This document shows, one piece after another, positions 1-9,950 of a stretch of 64,000 nucleotides of DNA; position 1 is the stretch's first letter, and each line of letters opens with the position of its first letter. The stretch is taken from assembly GCA_045563015.1 (NCBI GenBank), contig JBJKUQ010000014.1, positions 11,433 to 75,432 on the forward strand, given 5' to 3'. The notes beneath the pieces are model-generated. The model saw only the letters and a program-made list of their open reading frames with translations. It was not told the DNA's origin and searched no databases. The stretch is from Alphaproteobacteria bacterium. GTDB lineage: Bacteria > Pseudomonadota > Alphaproteobacteria > Methylaequorales > Methylaequoraceae. The position numbers were made by a program, and so were the translations under genes.

Positions 1-956
1 TTTAAAGCATTATTTATACTCTCATTAGCTTTATTTAATTTTTGTTCTTTAATCTGCTTTGAGAGAATGGGTAACAAAGCTGTACCTATGGCAATGCCAA
101 GAACACCCAGAGGCAGTTGATTAATTCTGTCTGCAAAATATAAATAAGAAATTGAGCCATCTGGTAAAGTTGATGCCAATATCATATCGATTAATAAATT
201 AATTTGATATGCACCGTTTCCAAGAATAGCTGGAAGTAATAATTTTAAAAACTTTTGTATAAATGGTTTGTTTTTAGGTGATTTAAAAGTCTTAAATGAT
301 TTGTACTTTAGATCAACACCATTTTTCTTTACATTAAAAATTATCCAAAGTAACTGAATTGAACCTGCTAATGATATTGATGCGCTTAGATAATTAGAAA
401 TTATAATTTTGTCATTGTCATAAAAAAAAATAATTAAGCAAGAAATCAATATTAGATTCAAGATAATTGGTGTTAGTGCCATTGCAGCAAATTTGCCCAG
501 AGTATTCAGGTAGCTTCCTGCTAAAGAGGTTAAGCAAATAAAAAAAACGAAAGGAAAAGCTAATCTTGACAAATCAACGGTTAGCAAAAATTTTTCTGGA
601 TTATCATTAAAACCTGGCGCAATTAATTTAATAATAAGAGGCATAAAAGTTTCAAAAAGTATTAAAACAATAAAAAGGAAAATAAGTAAAAAGGAAAATA
701 TTGTTGAAAAAAACTCATCAGATCTTATTCTACCAAATCTTTTTGAAACACCTGAAACAACAGGTATAAAAGCTGAATTCATTGAGCCTTCAGCTAATAA
801 TCTTCTAAAAAGATTAGGTAATTTAAATGATATAAAAAAGGCATCTGAAACTAAGCCTGCTCCTAATATTTTTGCAATTAAAAGGTCTCTGATGTAACCA
901 AGAATTCTACTAATAAAAGTTAACGAACTAAGGATTGAAATAACTCTAAGAAACAT
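1..956 (-). CDS. murJ: Lipid II flippase MurJ/MviN, N-terminal ~318 codons (3' end runs off the window)
   Basis: Not in the ORF track because it is open at the window edge. Manual minus-strand translation from the ATG at 956-954 gives MFLRVISILSSLTFISRILGYIRDLLIAKILGAGLVSDAFFISFKLPNLFRRLLAEGSMNSAFIPV..., the conserved MurJ N-terminus. Overlaps the glnD stop by 11 nt. Confidence 0.85.
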   Translation of the reverse strand, partial: MFLRVISILSSLTFISRILGYIRDLLIAKILGAGLVSDAFFISFKLPNLFRRLLAEGSMNSAFIPVVSGVSKRFGRIRSDEFFSTIFSFLLIFLFIVLILFETFMPLIIKLIAPGFNDNPEKFLLTVDLSRLAFPFVFFICLTSLAGSYLNTLGKFAAMALTPIILNLILISCLIIFFYDNDKIIISNYLSASISLAGSIQLLWIIFNVKKNGVDLKYKSFKTFKSPKNKPFIQKFLKLLLPAILGNGAYQINLLIDMILASTLPDGSISYLYFADRINQLPLGVLGIAIGTALLPILSKQIKEQKLNKANESINNAL

Positions 957-3495
957 TGTTTTGAACTTCTTCCAATGAATTACAAATTTCTTTTTCCAAT
1001 TTTTCAATTAAACTCTGGCTATCAATTTTTAATCCAAACTTATTTCTCAAGTGAAAACTATCCTCTACAAAATCACCATTTGTAGAAATCTTAGCCATTG
1101 AGATAATAATATTATTTTGGATCAATACTTTAGAAATATCAAATAATAAGCCTGGCCTATCATTGCTAATCACTTCAAGAACTGTATAAGTTGACGAAGA
1201 TTTGTTGTCAAAATTTATATTCGTTTTTGAGTGAAGGATTCTTTTTCTTTTTAAATTTTTTTTAAAACCAATCTCTTTGTTATTTTCAAAATTATTAAAC
1301 CTTTTAATTAAATTATTTATTTTAAGCTCCTTCTCATTATTTGAAATAAAAGATTTATTTTGGTAAGAAATTTTAAAGGTATCAATAACCGTACCGTCAT
1401 CTAAAGTAAAAACTCTTGCCTCTAGTATTGAGAAATTCTCAGAAAAAAAAATTGAGATTATATTAAGAAATAATAAAGGCTTATCAATGGCAACAATCGT
1501 AACATCAAGAAAAGTATTAATTGATGTTTTTTTTATAGAACAATTTATATTTTCTTTTTTTTTCTTTAAGAGAAAATTTTCTATTTGGTATAAAATATCT
1601 GAGCTACTTTGTAAAAGCCAGTAATTTGGATAAGTAATTTTTGAAATCCTCTTCAAATCATCTTTTGTTAATATATTTGATTTTTCTAATACTTTTTCTT
1701 TTATTAGATCTATTTTTTCATTTAGACTTTTTTGTTTGATAGGTTCATTAATCTCATGTCTTATTTTGGTGAATAATGTCTCGAGTAAAGAAGCTTTCCA
1801 TTCGTTCCATATTCCATGATCAACAGCAGAGATATCAGCAACAGTTAATAAATATAAAGAATATAATCTCTCAGAATTTTTAATTTTTAGGGATATCTTT
1901 TTTATGACTGAATAATCTTCTAAATCTTTTTTAAAAGCAAACTCACTCATTAATAAATGATTTTCAATTAACCAAGATGTTTCTTGTGCAACATAATTAG
2001 ATTCCTTTAAGTCTAATACAATCTTTTCTGCTAATAACGCTCCTTTTTTTTGATGTTCACCTCCCATACCTTTACCAATATCATGTAATAATATTGCATA
2101 GTAGAGTGGATTTTTATTAAATTTTTTTTCTAATATTTTTGATGCAAATTTATAATTATCATTTCTTTTTTTATATATTAATTTCAATGTACTTAGTGCT
2201 TTTAGTGTGTGCTGTCCAACTGTTAATGAATGAAACCTGTCAAATTGAGGCAACGAATCAATTTTTGAAAACTCTGGAATAATTTTACCTAGTAATCCCA
2301 CATCATTAAAAAGAAGAATCTTCTCAATTGATTCTGAAAATAATATTTTCTTGAAATATTTAAGATTGTTTTTTGAAAGCAAATCACTTCTTTTTATTTT
2401 TTTTAAATTATTAATTACAAATCTCTGATCATCGAAGTCAAAGTCTGATTTATATATTTTCTTTGTTAAGTTATTTATTATTTTCTCTTTACTTAAAATT
2501 ATTTCTGACTGTATTGTTTTTTTTTTTATATTCTTGTTTATAACTCCTATAATAATTTGCGTAAAAATTCTTACATTTTTTATTTGTTGGAAATACTCCT
2601 GCATCATCAATTCAACAAGATTTTTTGAACCAGCATTTTTAAATTTAAATGAAAGTTTTTCAGAAAGTATTTTTTGTAATTCAAATGAGAGTTTCTCATT
2701 TGATCTTTTACTAGCATAATGAATGTGGCATCTAAGATACATTAAAAATTCTAAAGCTTTTTTAACTTTATTCTTCTCAAGATTTGTTAAAAAACTTTCA
2801 GAATTTTTTGCATTTTTTTTTTTATAAATAGAATATATTTTTAAAGACCAGTAAATTAAATTTATATCCCTTAATGAACCTTCACTTTCTTTTATATTTG
2901 GCTCATTTCTAAAATAATCAAACCCTATTTTAATAATATTTTCTTTTCTTTCATCTATCTTTTGCTTAATAAAGGAATCCGTTTTTTTTGAAATTTCTTT
3001 AAAAACACTATTCATTATTTGTGAAAAAAAAGCTGATGGACCACAGATTAATCTAGCGTCTAATAAACTTGTTTTAATTACATGGTCCTTTTTTGAAAAA
3101 TAAACTATTTCTTCAAAGTTTCTAACGGCATAACCTACTTTTAAGCCCATATCCCACATTGGATATAAAAAAAATTGAACAATTTTTTCTATTTTTTTAG
3201 TATTTATTTTTTTATTATATCCGAAAAGTAGATCTACATCAGAGAAGGGTGATAATTGCCTTCTTCCATACCCACCAACTGCACAAATAAAAATCTCCTT
3301 CTCAAAATCCTCTTTTTTTTTAAGTATAAAAAAAACCTTTCTTATTACTTTATCTATTAAATCAGAGTTTTCGTTACTATTTTTAATTCCATTATTATTC
3401 TTAAAGAAGTTCTCTCTTATTTTTTTTTTTTCTCTGTAAAATTCCTTTTTAATACTTTCAATTTGTCCTTGAGTTTTTTTGGTAGAATTTATCAT
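946..3495 (-). CDS. glnD: [Protein-PII] uridylyltransferase/uridylyl-removing enzyme
   Basis: 849 aa. Nucleotidyltransferase motif GGYGRRQLSPFSDVDLL, HD domain (HDIGKG), two C-terminal ACT-like repeats. Confidence 0.9.
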   Translation of the reverse strand: MINSTKKTQGQIESIKKEFYREKKKIRENFFKNNNGIKNSNENSDLIDKVIRKVFFILKKKEDFEKEIFICAVGGYGRRQLSPFSDVDLLFGYNKKINTKKIEKIVQFFLYPMWDMGLKVGYAVRNFEEIVYFSKKDHVIKTSLLDARLICGPSAFFSQIMNSVFKEISKKTDSFIKQKIDERKENIIKIGFDYFRNEPNIKESEGSLRDINLIYWSLKIYSIYKKKNAKNSESFLTNLEKNKVKKALEFLMYLRCHIHYASKRSNEKLSFELQKILSEKLSFKFKNAGSKNLVELMMQEYFQQIKNVRIFTQIIIGVINKNIKKKTIQSEIILSKEKIINNLTKKIYKSDFDFDDQRFVINNLKKIKRSDLLSKNNLKYFKKILFSESIEKILLFNDVGLLGKIIPEFSKIDSLPQFDRFHSLTVGQHTLKALSTLKLIYKKRNDNYKFASKILEKKFNKNPLYYAILLHDIGKGMGGEHQKKGALLAEKIVLDLKESNYVAQETSWLIENHLLMSEFAFKKDLEDYSVIKKISLKIKNSERLYSLYLLTVADISAVDHGIWNEWKASLLETLFTKIRHEINEPIKQKSLNEKIDLIKEKVLEKSNILTKDDLKRISKITYPNYWLLQSSSDILYQIENFLLKKKKENINCSIKKTSINTFLDVTIVAIDKPLLFLNIISIFFSENFSILEARVFTLDDGTVIDTFKISYQNKSFISNNEKELKINNLIKRFNNFENNKEIGFKKNLKRKRILHSKTNINFDNKSSSTYTVLEVISNDRPGLLFDISKVLIQNNIIISMAKISTNGDFVEDSFHLRNKFGLKIDSQSLIEKLEKEICNSLEEVQNNVS

Positions 3496-6161
3496 TATTC
3501 AAAAAAATAATTTTTTTTGAGTGTATATAATATATCAAGTGATTCTTTAGGAGATAAGTTATCCAAATCTAATTTTTTTACAAAGTTTACAATCTCATTT
3601 TGATTTTTTTCATCAGTGCCTTTAAACTCAAAATTATCTATATTTATGTCTTCTATCTCATCTTTATTAATTCTTTGTAATACTTGTTTTGCTCTTGACA
3701 CAATAGATTTATTAATACCTGCTAAATTTGCTACATGAATCCCAAAAGATCCTTCAGAAATTCCATCAATTACTTTGTAATGAAAAATAATCTCGTCCTC
3801 CCATTTTCTAATTTCAAGAGTTTTATTTGCTATCTGATCATGTTTTTTACTCATTTGACATAAATCTTTGTAATGCGTAGCAAATAAAGTCACACAATTT
3901 ATCTTAAGAGCTATGAACTCCAGTACTGAGTAAGCAATTGCTAGTCCGTCTTCAGAGGATGTACCTCTACCCAATTCATCAAGAATTACTAGAGAAGATT
4001 CTGTTGCTTCATCTACAATTCTAGAGGTTTCAATCATTTCCATCATAAAAGTTGACATTCCCTCAGAAAGATTATCTGAAGCTCCAATGCGAGTAAATAT
4101 TTTGTCAAATATTCCAACCTGCAGAGAATCAGCTGGAACATATGATCCAACTTGATTCAATAAAATAATTATTGCTATTTGTCTTAAAAATGTGCTCTTT
4201 CCTGCCATATTTGGTCCTGTCATTAACCAAATATTAGTTTTTTTATTCATTAGGCAATTATTGGGAGTAAATTTTTCTCCGTGTTTTTTCATTACTTCCT
4301 CTACAACAGGATGTCTTCCATTTATTAAATTTATAGACACTTCATCAACTATATTAGGCTTAGTGTATTTTCTTTGTTCGGCAATTTTTGAGAAATTTGT
4401 TATAACATCAACAAAAGATACTTTTTTTGATAAAATTGTAAGTTTATCTGTTATTCCTAAAATATCATTGCATATATCATTATATATCTCTTGTTCTAGT
4501 TCAATTGATTCAGATTCTGAGCTTTCTATTTCTGAAGATATCTTCCTTAATTCGTTAGTTTGATATCTCGAAGAATTCAAAGTGTTTTGTATTAACATAA
4601 ACTCTGATCCTTGGTGTTTTTCAATTTGAGAAGTGTTTTTTTTGGTCACCTCAATAAAATACCCATGAAAGTTATTAAATTTTATTTTTAAATTATTAAT
4701 ATTTGTGTTGAGAACGTATTTTTCTTGTAATTTTAAAACCTCATCTTTTTTTATTTTTTTTATATTTCTTAATTCATCTAATCTCTTGCTAATGAACTGT
4801 TTAATCACTCCCCCTTCACTGATATTTATTGGAGGGGTAGTAATAATCTTATCATTTATTATTTTTTTAATTTCAACAATCTTTTTTATTGTAGGTTTAT
4901 CTATAATTAATTCTTTAAGATTTTTTTGTTTTACTTTATTAAGTTGCTCAAAAATTTTTTGGGCAAAACTGATGAATTGAGCTATGAGTATAAGGTCTCT
5001 TGGGTTATTTGTTTTTGCGCTAATTCTTGTTACAGCTCTTTCTAAATCAGGAATATTTTCTAAAAGTTTTATAATTTCCCCTAAAACCTCATCATTATAG
5101 TGAAATGACTCTATGAGATTATGTCTATGTTCTATTTCTTTTTTTTTTATTAATGGAGCCTTTAGAAGATCTCTCAACATTCTTGCGCCACTTGCAGTTT
5201 TTGTTTCATCTATTGTATCAATTAAACTTCCTTTTTTTGTACCATCGTAACTTTCAAATATTTCTAAACTCTTTGCAGTAAACATATCTACTTGCATAAA
5301 ACTTTTTCTAGAAATAATTTCTATATTTCTAATCTTAGGTAAATTGTTTTTCTGTGTTAATTTTAAATAATTTATAAGGGCCCCAACGGCTGAAATATCA
5401 TTTTCTGTGAAGTTACCTAGTGATTGAATCTTTTTTTTTTCAAAAAAAACACTTATTTCATTTTTATTGTTCTTGTTGTCATAAAATGAATTTGGAATTA
5501 TTGATATTTTTCTCTCAAATAAATTTATGCATTCTTTAAGTATATTAGAATTTTTAATTTCCTCAGAGATTATTATTTCATTAGGCTCAATTTTGTGAAT
5601 GGATTCCTTTAGATCCTGTAAAAAATTTCGTCCCTCAATTTTTTCAAGTTTTATTGAACCTGTTGTCATATCAACCCATGATATTGAAATACTTCCCTTT
5701 GATGAAAAAACACTTAATAAATTGTTATTATTTTTTGAATCAAGTAATGAATCCTCAATTATTGTTCCAGGTGTGATAATTCTTACTACATCTCTTTTAA
5801 AAATTTTAGGCTTATCTTTTAAGCTATCGTCTTTTTGGTCAAGTTGTTCGGCTACGGCAACCTTAAATCCAAATTTAATCAATCTTGATAAATATGTTTG
5901 TGATGAGTGAACAGGAACGCCGCACATAGGTATTTCCTTGTTATTTAACATCCCTCTTTTTGTTAACGCAATACCTAACTTTGACGCAGCAATTTTAGCA
6001 TCATCAAAGAATAATTCATAAAAATCTCCCATTCTATAAAACAATAAATACTCTTTATGTCTTTCTTTTACCTCAAGATATTGAGCTATCATGGGTGTGG
6101 GTTTTGATTTCTTCTTATTAAGTTTCAACAAACCGTTTATATCAGGTTGTTTTAATTTCAT
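3495..6161 (-). CDS. mutS: DNA mismatch repair protein MutS
   Basis: 888 aa. N-terminal TPMIAQYLEVK...GDFYELFFDDA, Walker A GPNMAGKST, LDELGRGTS. Confidence 0.95.
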   Translation of the reverse strand: MKLKQPDINGLLKLNKKKSKPTPMIAQYLEVKERHKEYLLFYRMGDFYELFFDDAKIAASKLGIALTKRGMLNNKEIPMCGVPVHSSQTYLSRLIKFGFKVAVAEQLDQKDDSLKDKPKIFKRDVVRIITPGTIIEDSLLDSKNNNNLLSVFSSKGSISISWVDMTTGSIKLEKIEGRNFLQDLKESIHKIEPNEIIISEEIKNSNILKECINLFERKISIIPNSFYDNKNNKNEISVFFEKKKIQSLGNFTENDISAVGALINYLKLTQKNNLPKIRNIEIISRKSFMQVDMFTAKSLEIFESYDGTKKGSLIDTIDETKTASGARMLRDLLKAPLIKKKEIEHRHNLIESFHYNDEVLGEIIKLLENIPDLERAVTRISAKTNNPRDLILIAQFISFAQKIFEQLNKVKQKNLKELIIDKPTIKKIVEIKKIINDKIITTPPINISEGGVIKQFISKRLDELRNIKKIKKDEVLKLQEKYVLNTNINNLKIKFNNFHGYFIEVTKKNTSQIEKHQGSEFMLIQNTLNSSRYQTNELRKISSEIESSESESIELEQEIYNDICNDILGITDKLTILSKKVSFVDVITNFSKIAEQRKYTKPNIVDEVSINLINGRHPVVEEVMKKHGEKFTPNNCLMNKKTNIWLMTGPNMAGKSTFLRQIAIIILLNQVGSYVPADSLQVGIFDKIFTRIGASDNLSEGMSTFMMEMIETSRIVDEATESSLVILDELGRGTSSEDGLAIAYSVLEFIALKINCVTLFATHYKDLCQMSKKHDQIANKTLEIRKWEDEIIFHYKVIDGISEGSFGIHVANLAGINKSIVSRAKQVLQRINKDEIEDINIDNFEFKGTDEKNQNEIVNFVKKLDLDNLSPKESLDILYTLKKNYFFE

Positions 6162-6200
6162 TTTTCTTTAACATAAACATTCTATCATATAACCATTTCT

Positions 6201-7469
6201 ATGTTTGTTCATAAAGACATAATTATCGTATTCATATTTATAATATTAGTATGCCTAATTTTTATCTTTCTTTTCTTAAAAGATCTTAGAAGTGTAATTA
6301 AAAATTTACAGAATTTTTCCGGTAAACCAATTAAAAGCTCTCGATTGTTTTTTTTTAAATTATACGAGCCCATAATTTTTAACTTAAATAGTATTTTAAA
6401 AAAATATCAGGACAACTATAGGATCGAACAATTAAGGGTTTTTTTCTTTAATTATTTTTTTCAAAATTTTCCCGATCCACTCTTAATTATAGATCAGCGT
6501 CTTTATGTTATAGAGTTTAATTCAGCAAGTGGACAACTTCTTGGAGAAAATATTAAAAACAAAAATATTTTTTCTGTTCTCAGAATACCTGAACTTAGTG
6601 ATCTTATTGATGAATCACAAAAAAAGAAAAAACCAATTGAAAAAGAAGTAGACTTGATTTATCCATCCGAAAGAATTTATAAAATTTGGATTTCTGGGAG
6701 CAGAGATGTTGGTAAAAATAAATTAAGTTTTATTAGACTCTTTGATACAACTGCAGAACATAATTTACAAAACTTGCAAAAAGATTTTATAGCTAACGCC
6801 AGTCATGAACTTAAAACTCCTATTTCAGTAATAATTGGTTATTGTGAAACACTTCTTAAAGAAAAAGATACTAAAAAAGATATAAAAGAAAGTTTTTTAA
6901 AAACCATGAGCAGCGAAGCTGAACGAATGTCAAAACTTGTGAGTGAATTACTATCTTTGTCGCGAATCGAGAGGACTGAATTTAGTCCTCCAGAAGAAAA
7001 AGTAAGCTTAAATAAAATAATAAATGGTGTAAAAACGATCTGTTTAGAAAGAAAATTATTTAAACGAATTGATTGTAAGTTTTTAATTCCAAAAAAAGAA
7101 ATTTTTATTACCGGCGATGAATCAGAGCTTAGTCAGGTTTTTTTTAATATTATTGAAAACGCCATTACACATAGTCAATCAAAGAAACCGATACAGGTAA
7201 GTATCAAGATTATTAAAGATGTTGTAAATCTAACCGTTGAGGACTTTGGCATTGGTGTTGCAACTCAAAATATTCCTCTTTTAACAAAAAGATTTTTTAG
7301 AGTCGATCCCTCTCGTTCAAGGAAATTAGGTAATACAGGTCTTGGATTATCAATAGTTAAGCATATTTTAAATCGTCATAATGCTAATTTTCACATTGAA
7401 TCAGAAATTGGAAAAGGAACTAAATTTTTAGTTACATTTAAAACTAATAACCCTAACTTGTTGCAATAA
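6201..7469 (+). CDS. phoR: Phosphate regulon sensor histidine kinase
   Basis: 422 aa. N-terminal TM segment, H-box FIANASHELKTPI, N/G boxes (NAITHS, GLGLSIVKH). Lies in the Pho island. Confidence 0.85.
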   Translation: MFVHKDIIIVFIFIILVCLIFIFLFLKDLRSVIKNLQNFSGKPIKSSRLFFFKLYEPIIFNLNSILKKYQDNYRIEQLRVFFFNYFFQNFPDPLLIIDQRLYVIEFNSASGQLLGENIKNKNIFSVLRIPELSDLIDESQKKKKPIEKEVDLIYPSERIYKIWISGSRDVGKNKLSFIRLFDTTAEHNLQNLQKDFIANASHELKTPISVIIGYCETLLKEKDTKKDIKESFLKTMSSEAERMSKLVSELLSLSRIERTEFSPPEEKVSLNKIINGVKTICLERKLFKRIDCKFLIPKKEIFITGDESELSQVFFNIIENAITHSQSKKPIQVSIKIIKDVVNLTVEDFGIGVATQNIPLLTKRFFRVDPSRSRKLGNTGLGLSIVKHILNRHNANFHIESEIGKGTKFLVTFKTNNPNLLQ

Positions 7470-7507
7470 TACAACACAAATCGTTTAATTTTTTTTCAAA
7501 TATAATT

Positions 7508-7524
7508 TGTCATAAAATTGTTAC
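7508..7524 (+). promoter_or_regulatory. Pho-box-like direct repeat upstream of the porin gene
   Basis: TGTCATaaaatTGTTAC: two hexamers with 11-bp phasing, about 60 bp upstream of the porin start. Resembles the sites at 13570 and 19413. Confidence 0.6.
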
Positions 7525-7580
7525 ATAAAGATTTTATGTTTCTTACTTAATATTATTAATCTTATTAAATGAGGAAAGAA

Positions 7581-9038
7581 ATGAATAAATATTATGCTGG
7601 ATTAGCCGTAATGGCTACGGGAGCTTTCATTGGTACAGCAAGTGCTCAAGACTACGGTGCACAGATCGATGCTTTGCAAAATGAAGTTCTTAAAATGAAA
7701 CAAAAAATGTCTAAAGGTGATGGTAAGGGCAAAGCCTACTTTGAAAAAGGTAAGGGTTTGCGTGTCAAAAGTATCGACGGAAAATATAAGTTTCAAATAA
7801 AAGGCAGAATTATGTATGATGTTGGTGGTATTCTTGACTATGATGGAACTCTCGCTGATGGATCAACCGGAACAATTACTGAAGCTGGTCTAGGTTCAGA
7901 ATTTAGAAGACTTAGATTCACATTAAAAGGTGATATTGGAAATGGATGGGGTTTTGCTTTCCAACCTGATTTTGCAGATGGAGGTGATGACTCCGCAGAT
8001 AGAACTGTTATATTCAAAGATGCTCTTATCTACAAAGGCATTAAAGGATTTGGTAAGCTTACATTTGGTAACCAAAAAGCAGCAGCAGGATTGTATGAAA
8101 ATACAAGTTCTAACAATTTGATATTCATGGAAAGACCAATGCATAATGAAACTATGAATTTTGGTCACAGAGCTGGTATTGGTTACGATACATCTGGAGC
8201 ATTTGGTAAAAGGTTTCACTTAAAGGCGACTCTTTTCCACGGTATGGAAAGCGCTATAGAGCAAAATATATCCGATGGTAGCGGGGGTCCAACAAATACT
8301 GAAAGGAACAACGAATCTTTTGGAGGTAGTGTTGCAACACAATATCAACTATTAAAAAGTAAAAATGAACATATATTTGGTAAAGGAACATCTCTTCTTA
8401 TAGGTGCTCATTTTGGTGCATTAGACCTTAGTAATACAGATACTGATACGGCTGGTGATCGTAATGGCTTTGGTCGTTATGACACAAATAGTGCTAGAGC
8501 AAACGGACTGCATACTTTAGTTGACAAACCAATAGATTTAGGTGATGAACTCAATCTTAAATATCATCACTTCTTTGGTCCACAATATAGTCTGATTATG
8601 GGACAACTATTTTCTCAGGCTGAATACCAAGTTGGTAAATATGAATATTCAGCACCAAATACAGTGAATGCTGTAGCTGAAGAAGATTTTGATTTTCATG
8701 GAGGTTCTATAAGTATAGCATATGCTTTCTCTGGAAATTTCAAGCACAGTGGTAAAAAAGGAGCACTGGGTGGGTTAAAATGCAAAAGACATTGCTTTAT
8801 GCCGAAATATCAATACGAATGGGTAGATCAAACAGATCATGACGGCAATGCAGCCGGAACTGGAGATAGAAACGGTGGTTCAGGTGAAGCTCATACATTC
8901 GGTTTCAATCACTATTTCAACTCTAATGTAAGATTAATGATGGAATATACCTATGGTGATTATGGTTCAGATAATTCAAATGGTATGAGATCATCTGAGA
9001 TGTCATCAATTCAAACTAGATTACATCTTAAATACTAG
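7581..9038 (+). CDS. Outer-membrane porin, phosphate-selective OprO/OprP-like family
   Basis: Signal peptide MNKYYAGLAVMATGAFIGTASA|QD, then an N-terminal coiled segment (QIDALQNEVLKMKQKM). Gly/aromatic-rich alternating beta-strand pattern with a C-terminal ...RLHLKY. Start moved to the ATG at 7581, which follows a GAGGAAAG SD (the track ORF starts at 7569). Confidence 0.7.
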   Translation: MNKYYAGLAVMATGAFIGTASAQDYGAQIDALQNEVLKMKQKMSKGDGKGKAYFEKGKGLRVKSIDGKYKFQIKGRIMYDVGGILDYDGTLADGSTGTITEAGLGSEFRRLRFTLKGDIGNGWGFAFQPDFADGGDDSADRTVIFKDALIYKGIKGFGKLTFGNQKAAAGLYENTSSNNLIFMERPMHNETMNFGHRAGIGYDTSGAFGKRFHLKATLFHGMESAIEQNISDGSGGPTNTERNNESFGGSVATQYQLLKSKNEHIFGKGTSLLIGAHFGALDLSNTDTDTAGDRNGFGRYDTNSARANGLHTLVDKPIDLGDELNLKYHHFFGPQYSLIMGQLFSQAEYQVGKYEYSAPNTVNAVAEEDFDFHGGSISIAYAFSGNFKHSGKKGALGGLKCKRHCFMPKYQYEWVDQTDHDGNAAGTGDRNGGSGEAHTFGFNHYFNSNVRLMMEYTYGDYGSDNSNGMRSSEMSSIQTRLHLKY

Positions 9039-9060
9039 TCAATACTTCCTTACCCCAATT

Positions 9061-9087
9061 AAAAGGCCCTTCGGGGCCTTTTTTTTT
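9061..9087 (+). terminator. Rho-independent terminator after the porin gene
   Basis: aaaaGGCCCttcgGGGCC followed by a T9 run. It is the clearest GC hairpin plus U-tract I found in the window. Confidence 0.85.
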
Positions 9088-9090
9088 ATA

Positions 9091-9127
9091 TGTAATAGTT
9101 TGTAATAATTTTGACACAAAATGTTGT
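9091..9127 (+). promoter_or_regulatory. Pho-box-like repeat cluster upstream of plcP
   Basis: TGTAATagttTGTAATaatttTGACACaaaaTGTTGT: four TGTnAn-type hexamers at 10-11 bp phasing, ending 13 bp before the plcP ATG. Confidence 0.5.
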
Positions 9128-9139
9128 TATTTTTAAAAT

Positions 9140-9943
9140 ATGGATGGGCAATCCTACAAAAGATTAAAAGGATACCGGACTGTTTGGATTTCCGACCTTC
9201 ACCTTGGAACTTCTGGTTGCAAAGCAGAGCTGTTATTAGAATTTCTTAAACAAGTTAAAACTGACACCATCTATTTGGTCGGTGACATCGTTGATGGTTG
9301 GAGATTAAAAAAAAAATGGTATTGGCCACAATCACACAACGACGTTGTTCAAAAACTTCTTAGAAAAGCTAGAAAAGGTGTCAAAGTTATTTTTATACCT
9401 GGAAATCATGATGAGGCTGCCCGCAAATATATTGGTGTAAACTTTGGTGACATAAAAATCATGAAATACGCTATTCATAAAACAATTAAAGGAAAAAATC
9501 TTTGGATTATTCATGGTGATCAATTTGATGGCATAATAAAGCATGCCAAATGGCTTGCTTATTTAGGTGATAAGGGTTATGTAACCTTAATAAAAATTAA
9601 TACACTATTTAACAAGTTCAGAAGATTCTTTAATTTACCCTATTGGTCCCTATCCCAATTTTTAAAACATAAAGTAAAAAAAGCTGTATCATTTGTTACA
9701 GCTTACGAGCATATTATGGCTAAAGAGGCAAAAAGAAGAGGCTTTGATGGGGTTGTATGTGGTCATATACACAAAGCAGAGTTAAAAATAATTGATGGTA
9801 TAATCTATGCTAATGATGGTGATTGGGTTGAATCCCTTACTGCTTTGGTTGAGAATTATGATGGAACACTCGAGATAATTGATTGGTCTGAGAAAGTTAA
9901 GCAACAACACAATAAATTAATTTTAACACACTCGAAAATTTAA
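9140..9943 (+). CDS. plcP: Metallophosphoesterase of the LpxH-like/PlcP type (phospholipase C used in P-sparing lipid remodelling)
   Basis: 267 aa. Calcineurin-like motifs DLHLG, GDIVDGW, GNHDE, HGDQFD, GHIHK. Immediately followed by a glycolipid glycosyltransferase and preceded by Pho boxes. Confidence 0.8.
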   Translation: MDGQSYKRLKGYRTVWISDLHLGTSGCKAELLLEFLKQVKTDTIYLVGDIVDGWRLKKKWYWPQSHNDVVQKLLRKARKGVKVIFIPGNHDEAARKYIGVNFGDIKIMKYAIHKTIKGKNLWIIHGDQFDGIIKHAKWLAYLGDKGYVTLIKINTLFNKFRRFFNLPYWSLSQFLKHKVKKAVSFVTAYEHIMAKEAKRRGFDGVVCGHIHKAELKIIDGIIYANDGDWVESLTALVENYDGTLEIIDWSEKVKQQHNKLILTHSKI

Positions 9944-9950
9944 AAGATCA